Assembly: GCA_000996355.1 (NCBI GenBank) | Contig: LCAH01000001.1 | Location: 85,958 to 149,957 of the forward strand | Direction: 5' to 3' | DNA from: Candidatus Uhrbacteria bacterium GW2011_GWC2_41_11 | GTDB taxonomy: Bacteria > Patescibacteriota > Patescibacteriia > UBA9934 > GWF2-40-263 | Length of the DNA: 64,000 bases | Shown here: in pieces, positions 55,816 to 64,000 of the stretch | Position numbering within the stretch: the first letter of the stretch is position 1 | Layout: each line of letters begins with the position of its first letter | The notes under the pieces: model-generated | What the model saw: only the letters and a program-made list of their open reading frames with translations | Told to the model about the DNA's origin: nothing | Databases searched by the model: none | Translations under genes and position numbers: made by a program

Positions 55816-56820
55816 ATGTTTATAAAAAAAATTGGAATTGATTTGGGAACAACAACGGTTCTTGTGTATGTTCCGAAACGAGGAGTCATTATCAACGAAC
55901 CGTCTGTTGTGGCTATTTCAAAAATTGATAAAAAAGTGCTTGCGGTTGGAAGGGAGGCAAAGGATATGATTGGACGCACACCAGATACCATCGTGGCGCG
56001 TCGACCATTGAAGGATGGAGTGATTGCCGACTATCGCACAACCGAAGCCATGCTTCGTTATTTTATTAACAAGACATTAGGAGGAATTCGTATTTTTCGA
56101 CCAGAAGTGATGGTTGCTGTTCCAGGAGGCATTACCTCAACGGAACGTCGTGCTGTTATTGACGCAACTCTGACTGCTGGTGCCCGCGCTGCTTATATTA
56201 TTAAAGAGCCAATTGTGGCTGCAATCGGAGCAAATATTCCCATTGGTTCGCCGTCTGGGCACATGATTATTGATATTGGAGGAGGAACGGCTGAAATGGC
56301 TGTTATTTCTTTGGGAGGAATTGTTGCATCTGCGTCTATTCGTATTGGGGGAGTAAAATTTGATCATGCGGTTTCAGAATTCATCCGTCGCAAATATGGA
56401 TTGGCTATTGGGGAACGTACTTCTGAACAAATTAAAATTCAGATTGGTTCAGCTATGTATTTACCAGAGAAGCTTGCCATGGAAGTAAAGGGTCGTGACA
56501 TGATTACTGGTCTTCCAAAAATTATTGAGGTGACATCTGATGATGTGACCGAAGCGATTCAAGATGAATTGGAAGGAATTATTGCAACTGTGAAAGAAGT
56601 TTTACACAAAACACCACCAGAGTTATCTGCAGATGTGATGGAAAAGGGAATTATTATGTCTGGAGGATCTTCTCAGCTCCGCAATCTTGATCAACTTATT
56701 GCAGAAGCAACAGGAGTCCCAACGTATGTCGCAGAAGATCCACAATTGTGTGTGGTCAAAGGAACGGGTATTGCTCTTGAAAATTTGGATGCATATAAAC
56801 GAAGCGTATTTACGAGTTAG
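55816..56820 (+). CDS. mreB: Rod-shape-determining actin homolog MreB
   Basis: IGIDLGTTTVLVYV phosphate-1 motif; DIGGGTAEMAV; 334 aa. Confidence 0.92.
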   Translation: MFIKKIGIDLGTTTVLVYVPKRGVIINEPSVVAISKIDKKVLAVGREAKDMIGRTPDTIVARRPLKDGVIADYRTTEAMLRYFINKTLGGIRIFRPEVMVAVPGGITSTERRAVIDATLTAGARAAYIIKEPIVAAIGANIPIGSPSGHMIIDIGGGTAEMAVISLGGIVASASIRIGGVKFDHAVSEFIRRKYGLAIGERTSEQIKIQIGSAMYLPEKLAMEVKGRDMITGLPKIIEVTSDDVTEAIQDELEGIIATVKEVLHKTPPELSADVMEKGIIMSGGSSQLRNLDQLIAEATGVPTYVAEDPQLCVVKGTGIALENLDAYKRSVFTS

Positions 56821-56826
56821 AGAATT

Positions 56827-57972
56827 ATGTTTTTTGCCATTGACGCTTCGTCCGCTGCAAAACAAAAACGAACAGGTGCCGATTGGTACAGTTACCATCT
56901 CATCCAGGCACTCAAATCTCAAACACTCGAATCAGACGATCGTGTTTGTCTTTATAGCCCTTCGGCTCTTCAGGAAGAACTTGCTGTGCTTCCTCCACAA
57001 TGGGAAACACGTGTGCTGCATTGGCCTTTTTCTACTGGATGGATGCAGGGTCGCATGAGTTGGGAAATGCTGCGACGATCGCCAAATATTCTTTTTGTTC
57101 CAACCCAATCATTCCCACGTATTCATCCGCATACATTAAGCAAGCAACGCGCAACGGTTACAACTATTCATGACATTGCTTTTCACCGATTTCCTGATTT
57201 ATATGATCCAATAGAACGTAAACATCAGGAAAAAGAGGTTCGTTTTGCCATCAAGCATGCAGAAATTCTTTTAACACCTTCCGAATGGACAAAAAAAGAA
57301 CTTGCAGACGCGTATGGTGTTCCTCTTGAACAAATGGTTGTGACGCCACTTTCTCATGATGTGACACATTATCATCCGCTTGAGAGTACGGTTGTTGAGG
57401 AGGTATTACAAAAATATCGTCTGAGTCGAAAAAATTATTTTTTAAGTATTGGTCGCCTTGAACGTAAAAAAAATATTCCCTTGCTCATTCGTGCGTTTGA
57501 AATATTTAAACGATCCCGCGGAACAGGTGACCCATTTGAATTGGTGTTGATTGGAATGTCTGGATTTGGATTTGAAGAAATTCATCAAGCTGTTGATTGC
57601 TCACCATTTAAAGAGTCAATCCGTCCATTGGGATGGGTTGAAGAAGTAGACATCCCCGCCTTGATGAATGGCACATTTGCGTATGTGTTTCCAAGTCGAT
57701 ATGAAGGATTTGGAATTTCAAACGTGGAAGCCATGGCATGTGGAATTCCTCTTTTGACTTCTGATATTCCTGCACATCGGGAAGTGGTGAGAGATGCTGG
57801 ATTATTTCTTTCTCCAGATGAACCGGAAACATGGGCATCAGGTTTCCAACGTATTACCTCTGATCAAGGGTTGATTGAGGATTTGGTGCAGAAAGGAATA
57901 GTACGTGCACAATCATTTTCTTGGCAGACGACCGCACGAAAGACATGGGATGTGTTAAAAGGGCTTGTTTGA
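56827..57972 (+). CDS. Family 1 (GT4-type) glycosyltransferase
   Basis: GT-B C-terminal motif EGFGISNVEAMACGIPLLTSDIPAHREVV. Confidence 0.88.
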   Translation: MFFAIDASSAAKQKRTGADWYSYHLIQALKSQTLESDDRVCLYSPSALQEELAVLPPQWETRVLHWPFSTGWMQGRMSWEMLRRSPNILFVPTQSFPRIHPHTLSKQRATVTTIHDIAFHRFPDLYDPIERKHQEKEVRFAIKHAEILLTPSEWTKKELADAYGVPLEQMVVTPLSHDVTHYHPLESTVVEEVLQKYRLSRKNYFLSIGRLERKKNIPLLIRAFEIFKRSRGTGDPFELVLIGMSGFGFEEIHQAVDCSPFKESIRPLGWVEEVDIPALMNGTFAYVFPSRYEGFGISNVEAMACGIPLLTSDIPAHREVVRDAGLFLSPDEPETWASGFQRITSDQGLIEDLVQKGIVRAQSFSWQTTARKTWDVLKGLV

Positions 57973-58081
57973 GCTGTGGATAACAAGAAATACTCCGTTT
58001 TTCTTTCACAAGCTTGCATATTTTTCAAAGGTCGTGTATAGTGTCAAAAAATAGTGACATTCTCTTTTTTCCTTTATTTTT

Positions 58082-58855
58082 ATGGAAGAACTCATTCGCG
58101 AACTCATTCATCTTGGCCTCTCTGAAAAAGAGGGTGCTGTTTATCTTGCCTCCCTTGAATTAGGGCCAGCTGTTGTCCAAGACATTGCCAAAAAAGCGAA
58201 TGTTAATCGTGCGACTACCTACGTCATGATTGAAACTTTGGCTGCTCGTGGACTCATGAGCACGTTTGTTAAAGGAAAGAAACGTTTTTTTGCTGCAGAA
58301 TCTCCAGAACGTTTATTGACGATTGTTCGTCTTCAGCGCCGAGAATTGGAAGAAAAAGAAAAAGAAATTAGTTCTGTTTTGCCAAAACTTCACGCAGTTT
58401 ATAATATTGAAGGGGTAAAACCCCAGATTCGTTATTTGGAAGGTGCAGAAGGAATTGTTTCGGTTATGGAAGTGTTTGAAGCCATGGAAGGGGAGTTTGT
58501 GGAAATGGTTTCCATTGACGACATCGAAAATATTCGCGAACTCATTCATCATCGCGAACGTCATTTGGAAGAACTTCAAAAACGCAATGTTTCTTATCGT
58601 CTGATTGCCGTCATGAAGAATCCTGATTTTTCTAAAGTGCCAAAAATTACCGGTGGAGAAGTGCGTCTGGTTCCTGCAGAAAAATTCCCTATTCATGGAG
58701 ATTTTATTGTTCGCAACAATACGGTTTTCCTTTACTCGTTTACAAGCGCCATGCTTGGTGTTGTTCTTACAAGCAAAGAGATCGCAGACACCTTGCGTCA
58801 GATGTTTAATCTTGCCTGGGAAGGATCTGCAAATTATCCGACAGAAAAACGGTAA
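58082..58855 (+). CDS. TrmB-family transcriptional regulator (paralog of 43766-44545)
   Basis: wHTH LSEKEGAVYLASLELGPAVVQDIAKKANVNRATTYVMIETLAARGLM; 257 aa against 259 aa for the other copy. Confidence 0.7.
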   Translation: MEELIRELIHLGLSEKEGAVYLASLELGPAVVQDIAKKANVNRATTYVMIETLAARGLMSTFVKGKKRFFAAESPERLLTIVRLQRRELEEKEKEISSVLPKLHAVYNIEGVKPQIRYLEGAEGIVSVMEVFEAMEGEFVEMVSIDDIENIRELIHHRERHLEELQKRNVSYRLIAVMKNPDFSKVPKITGGEVRLVPAEKFPIHGDFIVRNNTVFLYSFTSAMLGVVLTSKEIADTLRQMFNLAWEGSANYPTEKR

Positions 58856-58877
58856 AAAATTTTTTCGTCATTTCAAA

Positions 58878-58903
58878 AAAGACCTCCTAATAGGGGTCTT
58901 TTA
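58878..58903. terminator. Bidirectional rho-independent terminator
   Basis: aagacctcc-taata-ggggtctt followed by ttag; lies between convergent genes. Confidence 0.55.
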
Positions 58904-59131
58904 GTTTAGAAGGTTGTAACGCGATCGAGGTCTCGGTGGAGGAGACCAATTCGGATCAATGAACGGTAGAAACGGCGGACCCTTTGGTTCATTCGGTGTG
59001 ACCGGAACGATTTGTGGTTGTGGAACGTCCCAGATCGTCGGTCTTTGCGGTAAAGGTTCCTCATTGGGTTCCGCTGGTTTTCCAAACGGATATTCTTCAA
59101 ACCCATCTTGGCGAATGATTATAACCGCCAT
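58901..59131 (-). CDS. Small Pro-rich hypothetical protein (76 aa)
   Basis: Strong SD aaggag about 8 nt upstream of the ATG on the minus strand; Pro-rich (PPFLPFIDPNWSPPPRPR). Confidence 0.5.
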   Translation of the reverse strand: MAVIIIRQDGFEEYPFGKPAEPNEEPLPQRPTIWDVPQPQIVPVTPNEPKGPPFLPFIDPNWSPPPRPRSRYNLLN

Positions 59132-59280
59132 GATTCTTTCTCCTTCTACGTTTTCTACCTTCTACGAAAATATCACATCTTCTCTCTAACAAACTTGCAG
59201 ACATTTGTCCATGAATAAATAAATTCGTGGCCACATGTCTGCGCCGAACGGATGAATTCCGTTTGGCGAGAGTGTGTTAC

Positions 59281-59679
59281 TTATTTGCGAAGACCGCGCG
59301 CGAACAAATTCCATTCGCGCTCTACGTCGGTTGTGCCGCCATCCATTCGGACATATTTGGCAGCAGCTAAACCTGCTGGAGCCTTGCCACCCTCAAACAT
59401 GACCGGAAGAAGTTTGACAGGACGACCCTGTCTCTGACAACCGATCACTTCTATCCAGGCATTCGACACCCCTTCCTTTGTGTATGGAAGGAGGAAGAAT
59501 TTTATTCCTTGATCCAAATATTCCTGAATATTCCACAAGACGTGGATTTCACCAGGCTGACTTTCATGAGTCTGAATTTCGACTTCCGGAATTCGTGTCC
59601 GGAGTTCGGACAAAAATCGATCAACCTCGGGATTTTGTCCCGAAATATTTAGAACAAGGATTTTCATTTTTTGCTCCAA
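59281..59679 (-). CDS. Hypothetical cytoplasmic protein (132 aa) in a GC-elevated islet
   Basis: SD tggag 7 nt upstream; MKILVLNISG...HVLWN... suggests an alpha/beta fold (speculative). Confidence 0.5.
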   Translation of the reverse strand: MEQKMKILVLNISGQNPEVDRFLSELRTRIPEVEIQTHESQPGEIHVLWNIQEYLDQGIKFFLLPYTKEGVSNAWIEVIGCQRQGRPVKLLPVMFEGGKAPAGLAAAKYVRMDGGTTDVEREWNLFARGLRK

Positions 59680-59763
59680 AGTTTGCAGTCACCCAGTGGC
59701 GAACATTCACCACCGTGTGTCTGCGTTGAAGAAAAGATTCTTCAACGGAAGATGTTTTTGGTC

Positions 59764-60138
59764 TTACGGCATCCAGATGCCGTACCGCCGTCGGTAGTTG
59801 AGCTGGCGGTATATGTATCGGATTCCGCGGCCAAATCCCTGAAGCAGGGGTCGAAACATATTCCGCCAAAACCATCGACGGCTGGCCTCGAGAATGTGCC
59901 AGAGAGCCACGATTGGCTTCCGAACACACCATTTGAACCACCACTGAGCGCGGTGATCGAAATGGAGTGTGGGGATTTTTGCCCCAACAATCTCGAAGAT
60001 CATTCCCACACCAACAGGCAGTACCACAAATACCATGAATGTGGTGCAAAGCCAGGCAGTGATTCCGCCAGAAAATGGTTTGGTGATGAGTAACTCTGCC
60101 GCGCCCAAAAGCATCTGGGCGAGGTCGTCGATTGGCAT
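59764..60138 (-). CDS. Small membrane protein (124 aa), first gene of a two-gene minus-strand unit
   Basis: Perfect SD aaaggagg 7 nt upstream of the ATG; hydrophobic helices (ITAWLCTTFMVFVVLPVGVGMIFEIVG); Trp/Arg-rich C-terminus. Preferred over the overlapping + strand ORFs. Confidence 0.55.
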   Translation of the reverse strand: MPIDDLAQMLLGAAELLITKPFSGGITAWLCTTFMVFVVLPVGVGMIFEIVGAKIPTLHFDHRAQWWFKWCVRKPIVALWHILEASRRWFWRNMFRPLLQGFGRGIRYIYRQLNYRRRYGIWMP

Positions 60139-60301
60139 TTAAGCCTCCTTTGCCGCAAACGGAGCGGCATTTACTCCATTTTTTTTAAAAACAGATGTAT
60201 TTAATTTAGCAAAAAATAAGCTTTTTGTCAATTAGTTTAAACAATTTGTTTAAGAATGGTGAAAAAGACTTTAGAGACCGATATATGTTATACTTCTGCA
60301 T

Positions 60302-61270
60302 ATGTCGTCTGTTTCAGAATCGTCAACTATTTCCGTGATTGGCCAAGAGCGAGTTATTGCATTTTTGGAGCGTGCGGCTGCGGCGGATCGATTATCTCAT
60401 GCCTATCTTTTTGTTGGTCCAGAAGGAGTGGGAAAAACAACGGTCATTCATTGGTTTTTACAAACGCTTTTTCCAGAAGGGCTTGCTCATCCAGATATTT
60501 CTTTTGTTCGTCGGCTTTCAGATGAAAAAACAGGAAAAATAAAATCTGCCATTACAGTTGAACAGATTCGTACATTGCGTGAACGTCTTGGAATGAGTGC
60601 ATTTCTTGGCGGATACAAAGCGGCTGTGATCGAAGAAGCAGATGTATTGAATCTGGAAGCATCAAATGCCTTATTAAAACTATTGGAAGAACCAACAGTA
60701 AAAACGATTTTAATGTTACGTGCGACTTCTCCAGAACAATTACTTCCAACCCTTGTTTCTCGTTGCCAGATTCTTCGATGTCCCTTTGTTTCAGAACAGA
60801 AAATGATTCATGGATTAGAAATACGGGGGATTCATTCTGAAGAAGCAAAAAAAATGGCACGAATTTCTCATGGCTGTCCTGGACGTGCATTTCGTTTTTT
60901 GGAAAATCCAGAGGAACGTATACAAGAAGAAAAAACATGCGCAAATTTGATGGCTCTTTTGCAAAAACCATTGAGTGAACGTTTGGTATTGGCAGCGGAA
61001 CAGGTTCCAAAAGAGGAAGCGAATCGAATAGAATCTCTTCTTCATTTGTTGAATATATGGGAATGGATGTTACGAGATCTCTTTCTTATTTCTTCTGGAA
61101 TAGAAAAAAATTATGCTGAATTTTTTGGAGAAATATTCGTGTCTCTTGCAAAAAGCCGTTCGCCAAATCAATGGAGTCGTATCTTGAAAGTTTTGCGAAA
61201 AATTCGAATAGATTTTTCTTCCCATGTGAATCCTCAACTAGCTATCGAACATTTGTTCCTTTCTTTTTAA
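60302..61270 (+). CDS. holB: DNA polymerase III delta' subunit
   Basis: AAA+ fold with HAYLFVGPEGVGKTT and AAVIEEADVLNLEASNALLKLLEEP. Confidence 0.85.
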   Translation: MSSVSESSTISVIGQERVIAFLERAAAADRLSHAYLFVGPEGVGKTTVIHWFLQTLFPEGLAHPDISFVRRLSDEKTGKIKSAITVEQIRTLRERLGMSAFLGGYKAAVIEEADVLNLEASNALLKLLEEPTVKTILMLRATSPEQLLPTLVSRCQILRCPFVSEQKMIHGLEIRGIHSEEAKKMARISHGCPGRAFRFLENPEERIQEEKTCANLMALLQKPLSERLVLAAEQVPKEEANRIESLLHLLNIWEWMLRDLFLISSGIEKNYAEFFGEIFVSLAKSRSPNQWSRILKVLRKIRIDFSSHVNPQLAIEHLFLSF

Positions 61271-61280
61271 TGTTTATTTT

Positions 61281-62348
61281 ATGCAAATAACACGTTTTTG
61301 GATCATTCCTCTTCTGGCTTTTTTTCTTTTTTCTGGTGCGGGATGTTTAAATCTTGGAGGAACAAAGTCACAGCAAGGTGTAAAGGATGGAGGGGTATAC
61401 AAATCCATTGATGGAGCTGCAAAGTGGTCACAATCGGTTGCATTTCCGTCTGCGAAAGGAGTTGGAAGTGTTGGAACGACCGATGTCTTGACGATGACTT
61501 TTGATCCATCAGATACGAAAACGTTATACATGGGAACAAAAGAAAATGGTCTTTTATTTAGTTATGATAACGGAGTTTCTTGGCAATATCCTGGAGATAG
61601 TCAGTTGAAGGAAGGAGGTGTGCGATCTATTGCTGTTGATCCAGCAGATATTTGTACCGTCTATGCAGTCAGTGGAACACGATTGTATAAAACAGAAACA
61701 TGTAGTCGGCGTTTTCAAAGTGTGTATCAAGAGGCGCGTTCCGGAGTAAGTCCGCGTCGTGTTGCTCTTGATTGGTATCAGTCTGATACAGTTTATCTTG
61801 GTCTTTCAAATGGAGATATTTTGAAAAGTACTGATCGTGGAGTAACTTGGTTAACATTATTTACCGTAAAAGGAGAAGTGACTCAGTTGGTTGTGAGTCA
61901 TAAAGACAGTCGAATTCTTCTGGTAGGAACAGGTGGTGGTTTGTTTAAAAGTGTTGATGCTGGAGTGACTTGGACAAAAATGGAAGAAGCATTGAAACCA
62001 TTCAAAGAAGGAGAAGATATTTTTTCCCTTGTTCAAAGCGAAGATGGTTCCATAATTTTAGCAGCGACGAAGTATGGGTTGCTTCGCTCAAAAGATGTAG
62101 GAGATAGTTGGGAAGCGGTGAAATTAGTGACAGCTCCAGGACAAGTTATTGTTCGTGCTGTTGCCATGAATCCGACAGATCCACAAACTATTTATTACGC
62201 AACGTCTTCCACTTTTTATACATCCATTGATAGTGGAGTGACTTGGAAAACACAAAAACTTCCAAGTTCACGTTCAGCCTCCATACTCCTTGTGAATCCA
62301 GAACATCCAGAGGTCATATATTTGGGTGTTACAAAGATTGAGAAATAA
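61281..62348 (+). CDS. Lipoprotein with BNR/Asp-box repeats (predicted beta-propeller)
   Basis: Lipoprotein signal LLAFFLFSGAGC; at least seven S-x-D-x-G-x-T-W-type repeats (SIDGAAKWS, SYDNGVSWQ, STDRGVTWL, SVDAGVTWT, SKDVGDSWE, SIDSGVTWK). Confidence 0.75.
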   Translation: MQITRFWIIPLLAFFLFSGAGCLNLGGTKSQQGVKDGGVYKSIDGAAKWSQSVAFPSAKGVGSVGTTDVLTMTFDPSDTKTLYMGTKENGLLFSYDNGVSWQYPGDSQLKEGGVRSIAVDPADICTVYAVSGTRLYKTETCSRRFQSVYQEARSGVSPRRVALDWYQSDTVYLGLSNGDILKSTDRGVTWLTLFTVKGEVTQLVVSHKDSRILLVGTGGGLFKSVDAGVTWTKMEEALKPFKEGEDIFSLVQSEDGSIILAATKYGLLRSKDVGDSWEAVKLVTAPGQVIVRAVAMNPTDPQTIYYATSSTFYTSIDSGVTWKTQKLPSSRSASILLVNPEHPEVIYLGVTKIEK

Positions 62349-62366
62349 AATATTTTTTACCTGTTT

Positions 62367-62921
62367 ATGTCTGTGATGTTAACTCAATACAAACCGGAAT
62401 TTGAAGCGGTGATCGAACATATGCGTGGAGAACTTGTTCAGATGCGTACTGGGCGTGCGACCCCTGCCATTGTCGAAGATCTTATGGTGGAAGCATATGG
62501 CGCACCTATGACCATCAAAGGAACTGCTTCGGTCAATGTGGCTGATGCCAAAACATTGGTGATCGAACCATGGGATAAAGGGCTTTTGAAAGCGATTGAA
62601 AAAGCGATTCAAGAATCCAATATTGGAATCAATCCAGTGGTTGACGGAAAAGTTGTGCGCTTAGTGATGCCACCGATGACAGAAGAGAGTCGCAAACAGC
62701 TTGTCAAAGTGATGAAAGAAAAATTAGAACAAGCTCGTGTGAGTCTTCGTGGGGTACGGGAAAAAGCACGCGAGGAAGTGGTTGGAATGGAAAAAGAAAA
62801 AGAAATAGGCGAAGATGAAAAATTTCGTCTGTTTGAAGAAATCGACAAGATGACAAAAGAATACGTTCAAAAAGTGGAGGACACCGGCCATCAAAAAGAA
62901 GAAGAAATTATGACGGTTTGA
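62367..62921 (+). CDS. frr: Ribosome recycling factor
   Basis: Full-length RRF pattern (…EHMRGELVQMRTGRATPAIVEDLMVEAYGAPMTIK…VVRLVMPPMTEESRKQL…). Confidence 0.92.
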   Translation: MSVMLTQYKPEFEAVIEHMRGELVQMRTGRATPAIVEDLMVEAYGAPMTIKGTASVNVADAKTLVIEPWDKGLLKAIEKAIQESNIGINPVVDGKVVRLVMPPMTEESRKQLVKVMKEKLEQARVSLRGVREKAREEVVGMEKEKEIGEDEKFRLFEEIDKMTKEYVQKVEDTGHQKEEEIMTV

Positions 62922-62922
62922 T

Positions 62923-64000
62923 ATGGCAGAAACTTCCATGGAACAGCTTGTCTCTTTGTGTAAACGGCGAGGATTTGTCTTTCCTTCGTCTGAAATTTAT
63001 GGTGGATTCGCGGCGATTTATGATTATGGACATTATGGAGCTTTATTGAAAAATAATATTCGTGACGCTTGGTGGAAACACATGGTGCAGTGGCGCGAAG
63101 ACATATTAGGGCTTGATTCTGCTATCTTCATGCATCCAACGACTTGGGTTGCTTCCGGACATGTGGGAAGTTTTGATGACCCACAAATTGATTGTCGAAC
63201 ATGTAAAAATCGATTTCGCGCTGATCATGTTTTGGAATCGTATGGGATTGAAGCAGATAAGGTTCCGATTGAGACCATCAATGCAGAACTTGAGCGATTA
63301 CGTCATGAAAAAAAATTGGTGTGTCAGGTATGTGGATCAAAAGATCTGACGTCCGCTAAACAGTTTTCTTTGATGGTTAAATCGAATCTTGGTTCACCTA
63401 CAAATGAATTGTCTGAGGAAAATGTTGTATACTTGCGTCCGGAAACATGTGGAGGTATTTATTTGCAGTACAAAAATACCATGGATGCACTTCATCCAAA
63501 ATTACCGTTTGGCATGGCACAGATTGGAAAAGCATTTCGCAATGAAATCGTTGCAAGACAGTTTGTATTTCGTACGCGAGAATTTGAACAAATGGAAATG
63601 CAATATTTTCACCATCCATCCATGACAAAAGCGTTGTACGAAAATTGGAGAGCAACACGATGGGAATGGTATAAAGCGATCGGAGTTCCTGAACAAAAGA
63701 TTCGATGGCACAAACATGAGAAACTCGCGCATTACGCATCCGAGGCCCATGATATTGAATATAATTTTGCTTCTTTGGGAGGGTTTAAGGAAATTGAAGG
63801 CGTTCATGCACGAGGAGATTGGGATTTGGCTCAACACGCAAAATTTTCTGGAGCTGATCTTTCCTATTTTGAAGAAACGACAAAAGAACGGTTTGTTCCG
63901 CATATTGTGGAGACATCTGTTGGGCTTAATCGTCTCTTTTTGATGTGTATAGATTTAGCATATACAGAAGAAGATGTAGATGGAGAGACGCGTGTGGTAT
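62923..64000 (+). CDS. glyQS: Glycyl-tRNA synthetase (dimeric GlyQS type), N-terminal ~359 aa; the gene continues past the window end
   Basis: Not in the ORF track because there is no stop in the window. Translation from ATG 62923 gives MAETSMEQLVSLCKRRGFVFPSSEIYGGFAAIYDYGHYG...FRNEIVARQFVFRTREFEQMEMQYF... Confidence 0.88.
   Translation, partial: MAETSMEQLVSLCKRRGFVFPSSEIYGGFAAIYDYGHYGALLKNNIRDAWWKHMVQWREDILGLDSAIFMHPTTWVASGHVGSFDDPQIDCRTCKNRFRADHVLESYGIEADKVPIETINAELERLRHEKKLVCQVCGSKDLTSAKQFSLMVKSNLGSPTNELSEENVVYLRPETCGGIYLQYKNTMDALHPKLPFGMAQIGKAFRNEIVARQFVFRTREFEQMEMQYFHHPSMTKALYENWRATRWEWYKAIGVPEQKIRWHKHEKLAHYASEAHDIEYNFASLGGFKEIEGVHARGDWDLAQHAKFSGADLSYFEETTKERFVPHIVETSVGLNRLFLMCIDLAYTEEDVDGETRVV

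Noticed and set aside
59621-60093. Overlapping 140-aa (+) and 142-aa (-) ORFs in the GC-rich islet
   Set aside because: The minus-strand ORF at 59764-60138 has a perfect AAAGGAGG SD and clear TM helices. The alternatives lack start signals and have biased composition.
1-64000. CRISPR arrays, integrases, transposases, restriction-modification genes
   Set aside because: I looked for spaced direct repeats and for recombinase, transposase or methyltransferase motifs in all long ORFs and found none. The putative islands therefore have no mobility genes within this window.

Overview
This 64-kb window reads as a gene-dense segment of a small, moderately AT-rich bacterial chromosome. The gene content is Gram-positive-like and fits a Patescibacteria/CPR-like organism, but that placement is inference. 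Most of the window is housekeeping: parA-parB, a short rel, topA, dprA, pth, der, an LCP (LytR-CpsA-Psr) protein, lepB, hisS, rpsU-yqeY, ybeY-dgkA, ftsA-ftsZ, a T-box-controlled trpS, nrdR, htrA, pyk, rlmN, an M50 protease, mreB, holB, frr and a partial glyQS. There are two tRNAs, tRNA-Val(CAC) on the minus strand and tRNA-Asp(GTC) on the plus strand. Four things stand out:
- A ~15-kb cell-surface locus (15.5-30.6 kb) holds a small 2-TM pilin-like protein, two proteins that share a near-identical TrbC/VirB2-like pilin N-terminal module fused to large ectodomains, and three tandem membrane proteins with thrombospondin type-3-like Ca-binding repeats. One of the two pilin-fusion proteins is a 3418-aa giant with IPT/TIG repeats, Myxococcus-type cysteine-rich repeats and a vWA/MIDAS domain.
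- A GC-elevated block lies directly 3' of tRNA-Asp (40.2-46.5 kb). It carries ddl, a MurF-like ligase whose N-domain is replaced by a membrane anchor, an alpha/beta hydrolase, a TrmB-like regulator, and a membrane-anchored protein with a clear TIMP/NTR-like (metalloprotease-inhibitor) N-terminus.
- A single GC-rich 429-aa orphan gene sits at the 3' side of tRNA-Val.
- A small GC-rich two-gene islet at 59.2-60.1 kb encodes a tiny membrane protein and a 132-aa protein.
I found no CRISPR array, integrase or transposase.
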